Shown here: one piece after another, positions 9,275-18,780 of the stretch
How the letters are laid out: each line of letters starts with the position of its first letter
How positions within the stretch are numbered: position 1 is the first letter of the stretch
NCBI GenBank assembly: GCA_963749735.1
Contig: CAVVNZ010000004.1
Coordinates: forward strand, 104,567-168,566
Origin: an uncultured Chloroflexia bacterium
GTDB lineage: Bacteria; Chloroflexota; Limnocylindria; Limnocylindrales; CSP1-4
Reading direction: 5' to 3'
Length of the DNA stretch: 64,000 nucleotides
Position numbers and translations under genes: made by a program
The notes under the pieces: generated by a model
The model's database searches: none
Told to the model about the DNA's origin: nothing
What the model saw: only the letters and a program-made list of their open reading frames with translations

Positions 9275-10714
9275 ATGACCCCGGATCGACCCGACCCCAC
9301 GGCCCCGGACGCCGGGTTCCGGACCGAGCACGACGCCCTCGGCGAGGTCCGTGTCCCGGCCGACCGGTACTGGGGAGCGCAGACGCAGCGGTCCGTGGAG
9401 AACTTCCGGATCGGCGTCGGCCGGTTCACCTGGGGTCGCCCGGTCATCCGGGCGCTCGGCATCCTCAAGCTGTCGGCCGCCCGCGCGAACGCGGAGCTCG
9501 GTCACCTGCCACCCGACAAGGCCGAGCTGATCGAACGGGCGGCGCGCGAGGTGGTCGACGGCGCGCTCGACGCGGAGTTCCCGCTGGTCGTCTTCCAGAC
9601 CGGGTCGGGCACCCAGACGAACATGAATGCCAACGAGGTCGTCGCCGGCCGGGCCAACGAGCTGGCGGGCGCCGGGCGGGGCGGCAAGCGGCCGATCCAT
9701 CCGAACGACGACGTGAACCTCAGCCAATCCTCGAACGACGCCTTCCCGACGGTCATGCACATCGCCGCCGTCGAGCAGATCGAGGGCGCCCTGATCCCCG
9801 CGGTCGAGGCGCTGGGCGCGACGCTCCGGACGAAGTCGGCGCGGTACGCCCAGGTCGTGATGCTCGGGCGAACGCACCTCCAGGACGCGACGCCGGTCAC
9901 CGTCGGCCAGGTCATCGGCGGGTGGGCCGCGCAGCTCGACGCGGCGCTCGCGGGGATCCGCGGGACGCTGCCCGGCCTCCACGAGCTGGCCCTGGGTGGC
10001 ACCGCCGTCGGGACGGGGCTCAACGCCGATCCGCGGTTCGGGGAGGTCGCCGCCCGGCGCATCGCCGAGGAGACCGGTCGGCCGTTCCGGACCGCCCCGG
10101 ACAAGTTCGCCGCGCTCTCTGCGCATGACCCGATGGTCGCCGCGTCGGCGGCCCTGCGGACGCTCGCCATCGCCTCGATGAAGGTCGCCAACGACGTCCG
10201 CTGGTATGCGTCGGGCCCGCGCGCCGGGATCGGCGAGCTGCTCATCCCGGAGAACGAGCCCGGATCGTCGATCATGCCCGGCAAGATCAACCCGACCCAG
10301 AGCGAGGCGCTCACCCAGGTGGCGGTCCAGGTCTTCGGATGCGACGCCGCGGTCGCCTTCGCCGGATCGCAGGGCAACTTCCAGCTCAATGTCTACAAGC
10401 CGGTGATCCTCGACAACCTGCTCACCTCGGCGACCCTGCTGGCGGAGGCGATCGCCTCCTTCGACCGCAACTGCGCGACCGGGATCGAGCCGAACCTGCC
10501 GCGGATCCGCGAGCACCTCGAGGACTCGCTGATGCTGGTCACGGCGCTCAATCCGCACATCGGCTACGAGCGCTCGGCCGAGATCGCCCTCCTCGCCCAC
10601 CGCTCCGGCACGTCCCTTCGAGCTGCGGCGCTCGAGCTCGGCTACGTCACCGACGAGCAGTTCGATGCCTGGGTCGACCCGGCGGCGATGACCCGTCCGC
10701 TGACCGAGGGCTGA
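9275..10714 (+). CDS. fumC: class II fumarate hydratase
   Basis: Within ORF 9140..10714. ATG at 9275 follows GGAGG. Contains the signature [16 protein letters not shown] and the N-terminus [26 protein letters not shown]. Confidence 0.9.
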   Translation: MTPDRPDPTAPDAGFRTEHDALGEVRVPADRYWGAQTQRSVENFRIGVGRFTWGRPVIRALGILKLSAARANAELGHLPPDKAELIERAAREVVDGALDAEFPLVVFQTGSGTQTNMNANEVVAGRANELAGAGRGGKRPIHPNDDVNLSQSSNDAFPTVMHIAAVEQIEGALIPAVEALGATLRTKSARYAQVVMLGRTHLQDATPVTVGQVIGGWAAQLDAALAGIRGTLPGLHELALGGTAVGTGLNADPRFGEVAARRIAEETGRPFRTAPDKFAALSAHDPMVAASAALRTLAIASMKVANDVRWYASGPRAGIGELLIPENEPGSSIMPGKINPTQSEALTQVAVQVFGCDAAVAFAGSQGNFQLNVYKPVILDNLLTSATLLAEAIASFDRNCATGIEPNLPRIREHLEDSLMLVTALNPHIGYERSAEIALLAHRSGTSLRAAALELGYVTDEQFDAWVDPAAMTRPLTEG

Positions 10715-10727
10715 CGGCTCGGGGTCC

Positions 10728-11333
10728 GTGCGGCGCGTCACGGGACGTCCCGACCGGGGATGCCCCCGGCCGATCGTGGCGGCACCGCCTAGACTCCGGT
10801 CCGTGGACATCGCGCCGGACATCTTCCGCAAGGTCATGGGCCATTTCGTGACGGGCGTCACGGTGGTGACGACATTCGAGGCTGACGGCCGACCGGCAGG
10901 GATCACGGTCAATGCCCTCAGCTCGGTCTCGCTCGAACCGCCGCTGGTCGTCGTCGCCCTCGACCGACGGCGGTTCATCACGCCGATCGTCCACGCGTCG
11001 GGCCGGTTCGCGGTCAACATCCTCGGCGAGCAGCAGCAGGCGCTGTCCGACTGCTTCGCGGGAGCCCCCGTCCTGCCGGGTCGCGAGGACTTCTGCGGCG
11101 CCGCCTGGGCTCCGGGGACCACCGGCCTGCCGTTGCTCGAGGGCGCGATCGCCTCGCTCGAGTGCACCGTGACCGGGACGTATCCGGTCGGCGACCACGA
11201 CCTGTTCATCGGTCGCGTCGATGCGCTGGCGAACGAGGAGCACCACCCGCAACCGCTGCTGTACTACCGGCGTCGCTACCTCCGGGTCGACCGCTCGGAG
11301 ACGCTCCCGGTCGAAGGCCGCCAGGAGGGCTGA
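10728..11333 (+). CDS. flavin reductase family protein (HpaC/RutF-like)
   Basis: Contains FRKVMGHFVTGVTVVTT...GITVNALSSVSLEPPLVVVAL...GDHDLFIGRV. The true start may be the GTG near 10803. Confidence 0.8.
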   Translation: MRRVTGRPDRGCPRPIVAAPPRLRSVDIAPDIFRKVMGHFVTGVTVVTTFEADGRPAGITVNALSSVSLEPPLVVVALDRRRFITPIVHASGRFAVNILGEQQQALSDCFAGAPVLPGREDFCGAAWAPGTTGLPLLEGAIASLECTVTGTYPVGDHDLFIGRVDALANEEHHPQPLLYYRRRYLRVDRSETLPVEGRQEG

Positions 11334-11336
11334 CGG

Positions 11337-12167
11337 GTGTCGACCGTCCACGCCAACGGGCTCGACATCGGATACGAAGTCCACGGCGCCGGCCCGCCCC
11401 TGATCATGCTCCACGGCGCCACCTCGGCAGGGCGCGAGGACTTCGCGGCGCAGATCCCCCTGTTCTCGAAGGCCTTCCTCGTGCACGTCCCGGACGCCAG
11501 AGGTCACGCGACCACCCGCTGGGATGTCGCCGACGGCTGGTCCTACGAGACGCTGGTCGACGACCTGGTGGCGTTCGCCGACGCACTCGGCCTGGCGACC
11601 TTCCACCTGCTCGGGTTCTCGATGGGGGCGATGACCGCACTCCAGTTCGCGGTGCGCTGGCCCGAGCGTCTGCGGACCTTGGTCGTCGCCGGGATCACGA
11701 CCCAGCGTGAGCCGCGCACGAGCGTCGCCCGACGCCTGATGGACCCGGGCTGGATCGACCGCAACGAGCCGCGCCGGGCGGCGATCCTGTCGCGCCGCCA
11801 CGATCCCGTTCAGGGGGTCGCCGCTTGGCGCCGGCTCCTCCCCGCGATCGCCGAGGACATCGCGAGCCAGCCGCTTCTCGGCCCGCGGGACCTGCGCCGG
11901 ATCGAGCTGCCGGCGCTGGTCGCGGTCGGCGATCGGGACGTCTTCGTGCCGGTCGACCACGCCTGGGGACTGAGCCGGCAGCTTCCCGACGCGCGGCTGC
12001 TCGTCGCGCCCGACTGCGGCCACGAGATCGTGGCCCGTCGACCCGGCCTGTTCAACGAGGCCTGCGGCGAGTTCTACCGCTCGACCGAGGCGATCGCCCG
12101 CGGGCGGACGGCCGGCCCGTGGCAGACCGCCGACCATCCGACCGATATCGAAGGAGGATCGTTGTGA
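11337..12167 (+). CDS. alpha/beta-fold hydrolase
   Basis: 276 aa with HG oxyanion motif (LIMLHGATS) and nucleophile elbow GFSMG. GTG start lies 3 nt after the previous stop. Confidence 0.8.
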   Translation: MSTVHANGLDIGYEVHGAGPPLIMLHGATSAGREDFAAQIPLFSKAFLVHVPDARGHATTRWDVADGWSYETLVDDLVAFADALGLATFHLLGFSMGAMTALQFAVRWPERLRTLVVAGITTQREPRTSVARRLMDPGWIDRNEPRRAAILSRRHDPVQGVAAWRRLLPAIAEDIASQPLLGPRDLRRIELPALVAVGDRDVFVPVDHAWGLSRQLPDARLLVAPDCGHEIVARRPGLFNEACGEFYRSTEAIARGRTAGPWQTADHPTDIEGGSL

Positions 12168-12502
12168 CCACCCTGTTGGCGCTGTTCCGTCGGCCGGAGG
12201 GCGACGCGGCGGCGCTCGACACCTTCGAGCGCGCGTACGCGGAGACGCATCTCCCGCTCATCGCGGACACCCCGGGACTCCGCTCGATGCGCTGCCAGCG
12301 CGTCGTCGATGGGCTCGGGGCGCCGACCGACCTCGTCCTCGTCACGTCGATGACCTTCGACGATCGAGCCGCGCTCGATGCCGGTCTCGCGTCCGAGGAG
12401 ATGCGTCTCGCGGGCCGCAATCTGCGCCAGATCGCCCCCGGGCTGTCGACTCTGCTCGTCCTGGAGGACGCCTCCGAGCTGGTCCCCGCGGCCTGGCGCT
12501 AG
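12164..12502 (+). CDS. EthD-domain protein
   Basis: C-terminal part of ORF 11825..12502. The GTG at 12164 overlaps the upstream stop, with AAGGAGGA 6 nt upstream. About 112 aa (LLALFRRPEGDAAALDTFERAYAETHLPL..). Confidence 0.6.
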   Translation: MTTLLALFRRPEGDAAALDTFERAYAETHLPLIADTPGLRSMRCQRVVDGLGAPTDLVLVTSMTFDDRAALDAGLASEEMRLAGRNLRQIAPGLSTLLVLEDASELVPAAWR

Positions 12503-12564
12503 CGCCGGGACCCGTCCGGGGGAGACACGGCGGTGGATACTGGCGCCACGCACCAGAGGATGTC

Positions 12565-13422
12565 GTGGTGACCGAGGCAGCCGCCGGACGGGCGAACGGA
12601 CCGGGCGAACCGAAGTTCGACGCCGTTGTCCGGGTCGACCTGCCCGCTCCACCGCCGTTCGGTCGAGGAAGCGGCGATCCGGGTGTCGCGCTCGTCACGA
12701 TCGACCGGCCCGCGGTGCTGAACGCGCTCGATTCCGCCGTCCTGAGCGCGATCGCCGCGGCGTTCGAGCGACTCGATGCCGATCCATCGTGTCGGGCGAT
12801 CGTCCTGACCGGCTCCGGGTCGCGCGCCTTCGCCGCCGGTGCCGACATCAAGGCGATGGTCGACGCGACCCCCGGGACGATCGAGGCGGTCGGCGGGTTC
12901 GAGCACTGGGAGACGATCGCCGCCGTCGGCCTGCCCGTGGTCGCCGCGGTGCGCGGCTTCGCCCTCGGCGGAGGTTGCGAGCTGGCCCTCCAGTGCGACG
13001 TGATCGTCGCCGGCGACGATGCCACCTTCGGCCAGCCGGAGATCAAGCTGGGGATCATGCCCGGCGCCGGTGGGACGCAGCGCCTGACCCGAGCCATCGG
13101 CAAGGCACGGGCGATGGAGCTCATCCTCACTGGGCGCTCGATCGACGCTCGCGAGGCCGAGCGGCTCGGGATGGTCAGCGTCGTCGTGCCGGCGGAGGAG
13201 ACCCTCGACCGCGCGCTCGAGCTGGCCGGCCGGATCGCCGCGATGCCGCCCCTGGCCGTGCGCTCAGCGAAGGCCGCCATCGGCGCCGCGCAGGAGCTGC
13301 CGCTCGGGGACGGCCTGCGACTCGAGCGCCGGGTCTTCGTCGACCTGTTCGCCACCGAGGATCAACACGAGGGGATGACCGCCTTCATCGAGAAGCGGCG
13401 ACCGCGCTGGACCGGACGCTAG
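12565..13422 (+). CDS. enoyl-CoA hydratase/isomerase (crotonase family)
   Basis: Contains ALVTIDRPAVLNALD...AIVLTGSGSRAFAAGADIKAM...ALGGGCELAL. AGAGGA lies upstream. Confidence 0.85.
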   Translation: MVTEAAAGRANGPGEPKFDAVVRVDLPAPPPFGRGSGDPGVALVTIDRPAVLNALDSAVLSAIAAAFERLDADPSCRAIVLTGSGSRAFAAGADIKAMVDATPGTIEAVGGFEHWETIAAVGLPVVAAVRGFALGGGCELALQCDVIVAGDDATFGQPEIKLGIMPGAGGTQRLTRAIGKARAMELILTGRSIDAREAERLGMVSVVVPAEETLDRALELAGRIAAMPPLAVRSAKAAIGAAQELPLGDGLRLERRVFVDLFATEDQHEGMTAFIEKRRPRWTGR

Positions 13423-13432
13423 GAGGGATGGC

Positions 13433-14227
13433 ATGACCGACGACCTCGGCCAGGGCGGTCGGGACTACGGGAGCGACTTCGAGCGGGACGTCGGCGACGA
13501 GCCACCGGCCTCGATCCGCGATGCGCCGCCGGACATCTTCGCTCCGATCGACGCTGCGTCGCCCATCAGCGGGCACGTCCGGGCGCCGGACCCGAGCGGG
13601 ACGGCCGCCTCGCGAACGCCCGAGCACGACTGGGAGGCGGCAGCCGCGGTCCTCGTCCCGGTCCTCCGACCGATCGGGACCGTCGGGCTGCGGCTCGACG
13701 ACGTCGACCGGGAATCGCTCGTCGCCAACGCCAATAAGGCGCACACACTCCCGCTGCTCGGCGACGGTCCGTGCGGTCTCGTCGTCTCGTACGCGCTGCC
13801 GGCCACCGGCTTCGACGTGATCGTCAATGGAGAGCACCTCGTGTCCTGGGGCGTCGAGCCGGGCGAGGTCCATGCCGGGGCCATGGCCAACCTGGCGGCC
13901 TGGTCCGCCGGCGCCAGCTGGACCGACGAGGCCTCCGGGGACCGACGCCTCCTGAGCTCGGACTCGGGCTCCGGGCTCGACGCCTCGCGGATCCTGCTCC
14001 CCGAGGTGCTGGCTCATCTCGCCGCCGAGCTCGGTTCGGGGGGACGCGTCCTGGTGGGCTTGCCTGACCGACATCTCCTGCTCGCGGGGACGCTCCGCCC
14101 GGGGGACGACGACTTCGCCGCGCTCATCCGGGACTACGTAACCGAGCACAGCGCGGACGCCGACGAACCGATCGACCGCCGCGTGTTCGAGCTCGTCGGG
14201 ACCACGCTCGTGGAGTTCGCCGGCTGA
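13433..14227 (+). CDS. hypothetical protein
   Basis: 264 aa, with GGAGGGA upstream. Acidic N-terminus then a globular part. I recognise no motif. Confidence 0.6.
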   Translation: MTDDLGQGGRDYGSDFERDVGDEPPASIRDAPPDIFAPIDAASPISGHVRAPDPSGTAASRTPEHDWEAAAAVLVPVLRPIGTVGLRLDDVDRESLVANANKAHTLPLLGDGPCGLVVSYALPATGFDVIVNGEHLVSWGVEPGEVHAGAMANLAAWSAGASWTDEASGDRRLLSSDSGSGLDASRILLPEVLAHLAAELGSGGRVLVGLPDRHLLLAGTLRPGDDDFAALIRDYVTEHSADADEPIDRRVFELVGTTLVEFAG

Positions 14228-15018
14228 TGTCGGGCTCCGGGTTCGGTGCCCTTCGCTGGGAGGTCGCCGAGGGCGTCGGTTCGATCACCCTCGACCGCCC
14301 GGAGGCCCTCAACGCTCTCGATGCGACGCTCAAGGCCGAGCTCCTGGGTGTCCTCCGGGTGGCGGAGCGCGACCCCGCCGTGCGAGCGGTCATCCTGACC
14401 GGCGCCGGCCGCGCATTCTGCGCGGGCCAGGACCTCAAGGAGCGCCTCGGTCCGGATCCGACGCCGCTCGACGTCGAGGTGCGCGAGCGGTTCAACCCCA
14501 TCGTCCTCGCCATGCGCCGCCTTCCGAAGCCGATCATCGCCGCCGTCAACGGCGTGGCCGCCGGCGCCGGGGCCTCGCTGGCCTTCGCGGCCGACCTCCG
14601 GATCGCGTCGGAAGGCGCGAGCTTCGTCCTCGCGTTCGCCCGCCTCGGCCTCGCCCCGGACAGCGGCGCGAGCTGGTTCCTGCCGCGGCTGGTCGGGACC
14701 GCCCACGCCGCCGAGCTCCTGTACCTGTCCGACCCGATGCCGGCGGAGGAGGCGCTCCGGATCGGCCTGGTTTCCCAGGTGGTGTCCACAGAGGCCCTGC
14801 TCGACCATGCTCGAACCCTCGCGGCCAAGCTGACGCAGGGCTCCCCGACGGCGCTCGCGCTGGCCAAACGGGCGATGGATCGATCGCTCGAGGTCGGTCT
14901 GGCGGAAGCGCTCGACCATGAGGCGTCGCTCCAGGGGATCGCCGGTCGCACCGCCGACCATGCCGAGGGGCTCGCCGCCTTCGTCGAGAAGCGGACGCCG
15001 CGCTTCACCGGCGAGTGA
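14227..15018 (+). CDS. enoyl-CoA hydratase/isomerase, PaaG-like
   Basis: 263 aa (ITLDRPEALNALD..VILTGAGRAFCAGQDLKE..AAVNGVAAGAGASLAFAADLRIA). The start overlaps the previous stop by 1 nt. Confidence 0.85.
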   Translation: MSGSGFGALRWEVAEGVGSITLDRPEALNALDATLKAELLGVLRVAERDPAVRAVILTGAGRAFCAGQDLKERLGPDPTPLDVEVRERFNPIVLAMRRLPKPIIAAVNGVAAGAGASLAFAADLRIASEGASFVLAFARLGLAPDSGASWFLPRLVGTAHAAELLYLSDPMPAEEALRIGLVSQVVSTEALLDHARTLAAKLTQGSPTALALAKRAMDRSLEVGLAEALDHEASLQGIAGRTADHAEGLAAFVEKRTPRFTGE

Positions 15019-16205
15019 TCGGACGCCTGCGGGCCGGTCCCGAACGGGAGCGGGCGCTGGGCTGGCTGTCCGTCGCGGGTCTGATCGTCTACATCCTCGT
15101 CGCCGTCTACGACTGGCGCCTGCCCAGTCGGGACGGCACCTCGTTCGGGCCGGTCTGGGCCGTCGGGAGCGTCGCGACCGTGCTCGTCCTCAGGCTGGTG
15201 CGCGGGCGCTGGGAACCGGTTGTCGTCCTCGCCGCGATGACCGGCGTCGCCGCCCTGCTGACCGATCTCGTGCAGTTCAACGGGCAGTTCCTGCGCGACC
15301 TCGGGATCTACCTTCGGGCCGGAGAGCACTTCGCCGCCGGGGCTCCCGTCTACCTCACCGCCGCGCTGACCGAGGCGCCCGTCGACAAGACGACCTATCC
15401 ATTCCTCTACCCGCCGCCGCTCCTCCCGATCGTGGCCGCGCTGGCGACCCTGCCGAGGGGGCTCGTCGACGCCGGCTGGCTCGTCCTGTCGGCGCTCGCC
15501 GCCCTGTGGGGCCTGCGTCTCCTTGGACTGTCGGCCCGGTGGGCCGTCGCCGCCCTGTTCTGGCCGCCCCTCTTTCAGGGCCTCTACGTCGGCAACGTGG
15601 CGGCCCCGGCGTTCCTCCTGTTCGCGGCCGCGCCGTGGTTCGGCGCCGGCCTGATCTTTGCCGCCGCGTTCAAGCCGTACAGCGCGATCGCGGCGCTGTG
15701 GCTCGTCCGGGAGCGACGCTGGCGGTCGATCGCGATCGGCGCGGTCGTCCTGGGAGTCGTCTCGCTCATCACGATGCCTCTCGTCGGCCTCGATTCGTGG
15801 CGGGCCTGGATCGACGGGCTTCGCTGGTATGCGATCTCCCAGCCGCTCGTGCCGGCCCTCCTCGGGCTGAGCGTCGGTGCTTACCTGCCCGGCTGGCTGC
15901 CGACCGTCGTCGCGCTGGTCGCGATCGGCTGGGCGTGGCTGGGGCGGGGTCTCGACGGGCTGGCGAGGTTCGGGGTCGCGACGGTGGTCGGCTCGCCGTC
16001 CCTGTTCTCGCACGGGTTCCTGGTCGCCCTCCCCGCGTTCCTCCAGCTTCGGCCGGTCGGACTGTGGCTGGCGATCGGGCTCACGAGCGTCGCGCCCGGG
16101 CTCGGGTGGTGGCTGGCGATCGCGCTGGTCGTCGTCGCCTCGGCGGCGACCGGTCTCCGTCGCTCGACCGGCGGACCGTGGCCGGGGGCCTACGGGACCG
16201 TGTAG
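15015..16205 (+). CDS. polytopic membrane protein, GT87/DUF2029-like glycosyltransferase
   Basis: 396 aa with at least 9 TM segments. Contains the motif YPFLYPPPLLPIVAAL typical of DUF2029 mannosyltransferase-like proteins. GTGA overlap with the crotonase stop. Confidence 0.65.
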   Translation: MIGRLRAGPERERALGWLSVAGLIVYILVAVYDWRLPSRDGTSFGPVWAVGSVATVLVLRLVRGRWEPVVVLAAMTGVAALLTDLVQFNGQFLRDLGIYLRAGEHFAAGAPVYLTAALTEAPVDKTTYPFLYPPPLLPIVAALATLPRGLVDAGWLVLSALAALWGLRLLGLSARWAVAALFWPPLFQGLYVGNVAAPAFLLFAAAPWFGAGLIFAAAFKPYSAIAALWLVRERRWRSIAIGAVVLGVVSLITMPLVGLDSWRAWIDGLRWYAISQPLVPALLGLSVGAYLPGWLPTVVALVAIGWAWLGRGLDGLARFGVATVVGSPSLFSHGFLVALPAFLQLRPVGLWLAIGLTSVAPGLGWWLAIALVVVASAATGLRRSTGGPWPGAYGTV

Positions 16206-18001
16206 GTCACGACGTCCGAGTGGGCGACGACGAAGGTCGACGACCCGCCGGGCCCGATCGAGCGGATGACCTCGAGCCGGAGGTGATAGGTGCCCGGTGC
16301 CAGGTCGACCAGCGCGCTCGCCGTGGTCCGGTCGCCGCTGGCGAAGGCCACCTCCGCGCCGGTCAGCGCGCTCGGGGTGGGATCGTCGGCCGACCAGACC
16401 AGGACGGATCTCGTGAAGCAACCGCGGGGTCCGTCGTACGGGCTCCAGCCGAGCGCCGTCCGCGAGCCGTCGCCGGGTCCGACCTCCAGCGCCCCGAGCT
16501 CCCGAACCCCCATCACGACCGCCCCTTCGACCGCGCTCGCCGCGACGATCCTGTCGGCGAGGTCCAGGACGACCGTGCGGTAGTACGACGTGGCACCGGC
16601 GGTGCCGGACGTGTCCACCACCCCCGTGCGCGCCCGATCGGACAGGACCGAACCGTCGACCACGGTCGTTCCGGGGTGCGGTGGATAGGTCCTCGGGATC
16701 GCCGGGCTCGAGCTTCGCAGGGTCACGTAGCGATCGAAGCTCGTCCCCGGGTAGCGGCTCCAGCCGACGGCGATCCCTCCATCGCAGGAGGTCAGACGCA
16801 GGCGGAGGTCGGACGGCGGGGTCCACGTCGGTCCGGGCGTCGGTGTCGGCCCGCCGGTCGGCCGGGGGGTCGCGGTCTGCTTCGGCCGCGGATCCGAACC
16901 GGGGCTGGTGGTCGGCTCGGACGTCGGCCGCGCGGTCGGGGCATCGCCCGGCGTGGACGTCGGCGCAGCGGCCGGCTCCGGCGTCGCCCCCGCGGTCGCC
17001 GTCGGGCCGGCGGGCGTGGAGTCGTCCCGAGGCCCTGGCGATGCCCCGGAAGTCGGCGTGGGACCGACCTCCGGCGCGGGCAGGACGCCGAGCGGGAACC
17101 CGAGTGCCTGATCGCTCCGGGCGTTGGCGGCGAGCCACGGGTCGGCGAGCATGACCGGATCGATCGGGGCGACGACCAGGGCGGATGCGGTGTCGTCCTC
17201 CACGGTCAGCGACGCCGCCTCACCCTGGCCGACCGTCGCCGTCCCGTTCGGGCCGGTCATCTCGACCGGATGCTCGAGAGCGAGGAAGCTGATCCGGTCC
17301 GCTCCGCCCGCGGCAGGCTCGCGATCGAGGTCGAAGGCCGTCCCGCGGGCCGTCCAGGTCACCGGTCCTGTGACCACGGCATACGTCCCACCCGCGGGCA
17401 CGACGACGCGGTGGTAGCTCCGGCCCGCCAGCACCTCGAGGCGCAGACGATCGGCGGCCAGGCCGTCGAGGCGAAGGTCGGCGCCCCCGTCCAGCCGTGC
17501 CCGGCTGGCGCCCAGCTCGAGGGTCGCCCGACCGGTCGCGGCCACGCGGATCTCGTCGCCGGTGAGGAGCGCGGTGCCGGTGGCCAGGGTCGTCGCGGTT
17601 CCGTCGCGGACGAGCGTGGCGCCGTCGACGTCGGTCGCCCGGGCGGCGACGGTGGCCGGGGCCGGTCGTCCCGAGATCGACGCGATCAGCGCCACGACCA
17701 GCACGGCGGCGATCGCCGCGGTCGCGGGCATCGTCCACCGAGCGATCGAGGCCGCTGCGAAGCGTCGCGTAGCGGGCGCGACGGCCGGTATCGCGGCGAT
17801 CGGCGGCGGAGGGAGCGGGGCCGGGGCCATGGGCCCGCTCGCCGCGCCGGCGTGGGCAGCGACGAGTCGGGCCCGGAGGCCCGCCGCGAACGCCGGATCC
17901 GGGAGATCGACTCCGGTCAGGCCCCGTTCCATCCGGATCCTCGCCCCGGCCGCGGCCAGCTCGGCTTCGAGAGCGGCGCGGGTCCGCGTCGCGGCATCCA
18001 T
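16190..18001 (-). CDS. anti-sigma factor with FecR domain, P/T-rich linker and two FN3-like C-terminal repeats
   Basis: ORF 16190..18076, with the start at ATG 18001 or the upstream codon at 18076. Single TM (AIAAVLVVALIASI), FecR-like segment (LLTGDEIRVAATGRATLELG..), then a PT-rich linker. Lies downstream of the ECF sigma gene. Confidence 0.65.
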   Translation of the reverse strand: MDAATRTRAALEAELAAAGARIRMERGLTGVDLPDPAFAAGLRARLVAAHAGAASGPMAPAPLPPPPIAAIPAVAPATRRFAAASIARWTMPATAAIAAVLVVALIASISGRPAPATVAARATDVDGATLVRDGTATTLATGTALLTGDEIRVAATGRATLELGASRARLDGGADLRLDGLAADRLRLEVLAGRSYHRVVVPAGGTYAVVTGPVTWTARGTAFDLDREPAAGGADRISFLALEHPVEMTGPNGTATVGQGEAASLTVEDDTASALVVAPIDPVMLADPWLAANARSDQALGFPLGVLPAPEVGPTPTSGASPGPRDDSTPAGPTATAGATPEPAAAPTSTPGDAPTARPTSEPTTSPGSDPRPKQTATPRPTGGPTPTPGPTWTPPSDLRLRLTSCDGGIAVGWSRYPGTSFDRYVTLRSSSPAIPRTYPPHPGTTVVDGSVLSDRARTGVVDTSGTAGATSYYRTVVLDLADRIVAASAVEGAVVMGVRELGALEVGPGDGSRTALGWSPYDGPRGCFTRSVLVWSADDPTPSALTGAEVAFASGDRTTASALVDLAPGTYHLRLEVIRSIGPGGSSTFVVAHSDVVTYTVP

Positions 18002-18065
18002 GTCGGGGCTGTTCGGATGCGGGCCGGGTCCCGTCTGGAACGGCCGGGATCGCCGGCGACGCTCG

Positions 18066-18686
18066 TCAGGCCGCATCGGTCGCCATCCGTTCGAGCGTCG
18101 TGCGGAGGGCCCGCAGGGCCCGGTGGAGCTTGACGGCGAGGGTCGCCGCCGAGCACCCCAGGACGGCGCACAGCTCCTCGGTCGACAGGTCGTCGTAGAA
18201 CTTCAGGACGAGCACCCGGCGGTGGCTCTCGGACAGGGCCTGGAGGGCCCGTTGGAGCTGGTCCCGGTCCAGCGCCGCCGCGAACTCATCGACGGCGGCG
18301 GCGTCGGCGGACGGCCCCGGTACTCGCTCGACGTCGGCCCCGTCCTCACGGGTCGTCGCGGCAGGCCGGGCCCCGAGCGAGGTCAGGCGTCGATCGCGCC
18401 GGACGTGGTCGACGATCGCATTGGCGGCGACCCGGTAGAGCCAGCCGCCGAACGCGTCGTTCCGGAACGATCCGGAGCGGAGTGCCTCCAGCGCACGCTC
18501 GAAGGTCATCGCGGTCAGGTCCTCGACCGTCGCCCGATCGCTGATGCGCCGGGCCACGTAACCGTGGATCCGGGGCAGGTAGTAGTCGTACAGGACACCG
18601 AACGCAGCGGCATCGGCGCACGCCCGGTCCACGAGGGACCGTTCGCGCTCCGGGTCCATCCGACTGGTGCCATGGTCTTCCGCCAT
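18066..18686 (-). CDS. ECF-type RNA polymerase sigma-70 family factor
   Basis: 206 aa with region 2 (YDYYLPRIHGYVARRISDRATVEDLTAMTFERA) and region 4 (LSESHRRVLVLKFYDDLSTEELCAVLGCSAATLAVKLHRAL). Confidence 0.85.
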   Translation of the reverse strand: MAEDHGTSRMDPERERSLVDRACADAAAFGVLYDYYLPRIHGYVARRISDRATVEDLTAMTFERALEALRSGSFRNDAFGGWLYRVAANAIVDHVRRDRRLTSLGARPAATTREDGADVERVPGPSADAAAVDEFAAALDRDQLQRALQALSESHRRVLVLKFYDDLSTEELCAVLGCSAATLAVKLHRALRALRTTLERMATDAA

Positions 18687-18780
18687 CGTGGAGACGATGA
18701 AACGAGCGGACCCGGGCCGCCATCGAACGGCGGTACTGCCGTCGACGGGACCCGGGTCCGCCCCCGGTCAGCTCATGGGG

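Noticed and set aside
14124-18133. Two giant overlapping ORFs (14124..17138 minus, 1004 aa; 14918..18133 plus, 1071 aa)
   Set aside because: Both are R/P/G/A-rich low-complexity translations. They overlap the crotonase, GT87 and anti-sigma genes, which have clear motifs in other frames.
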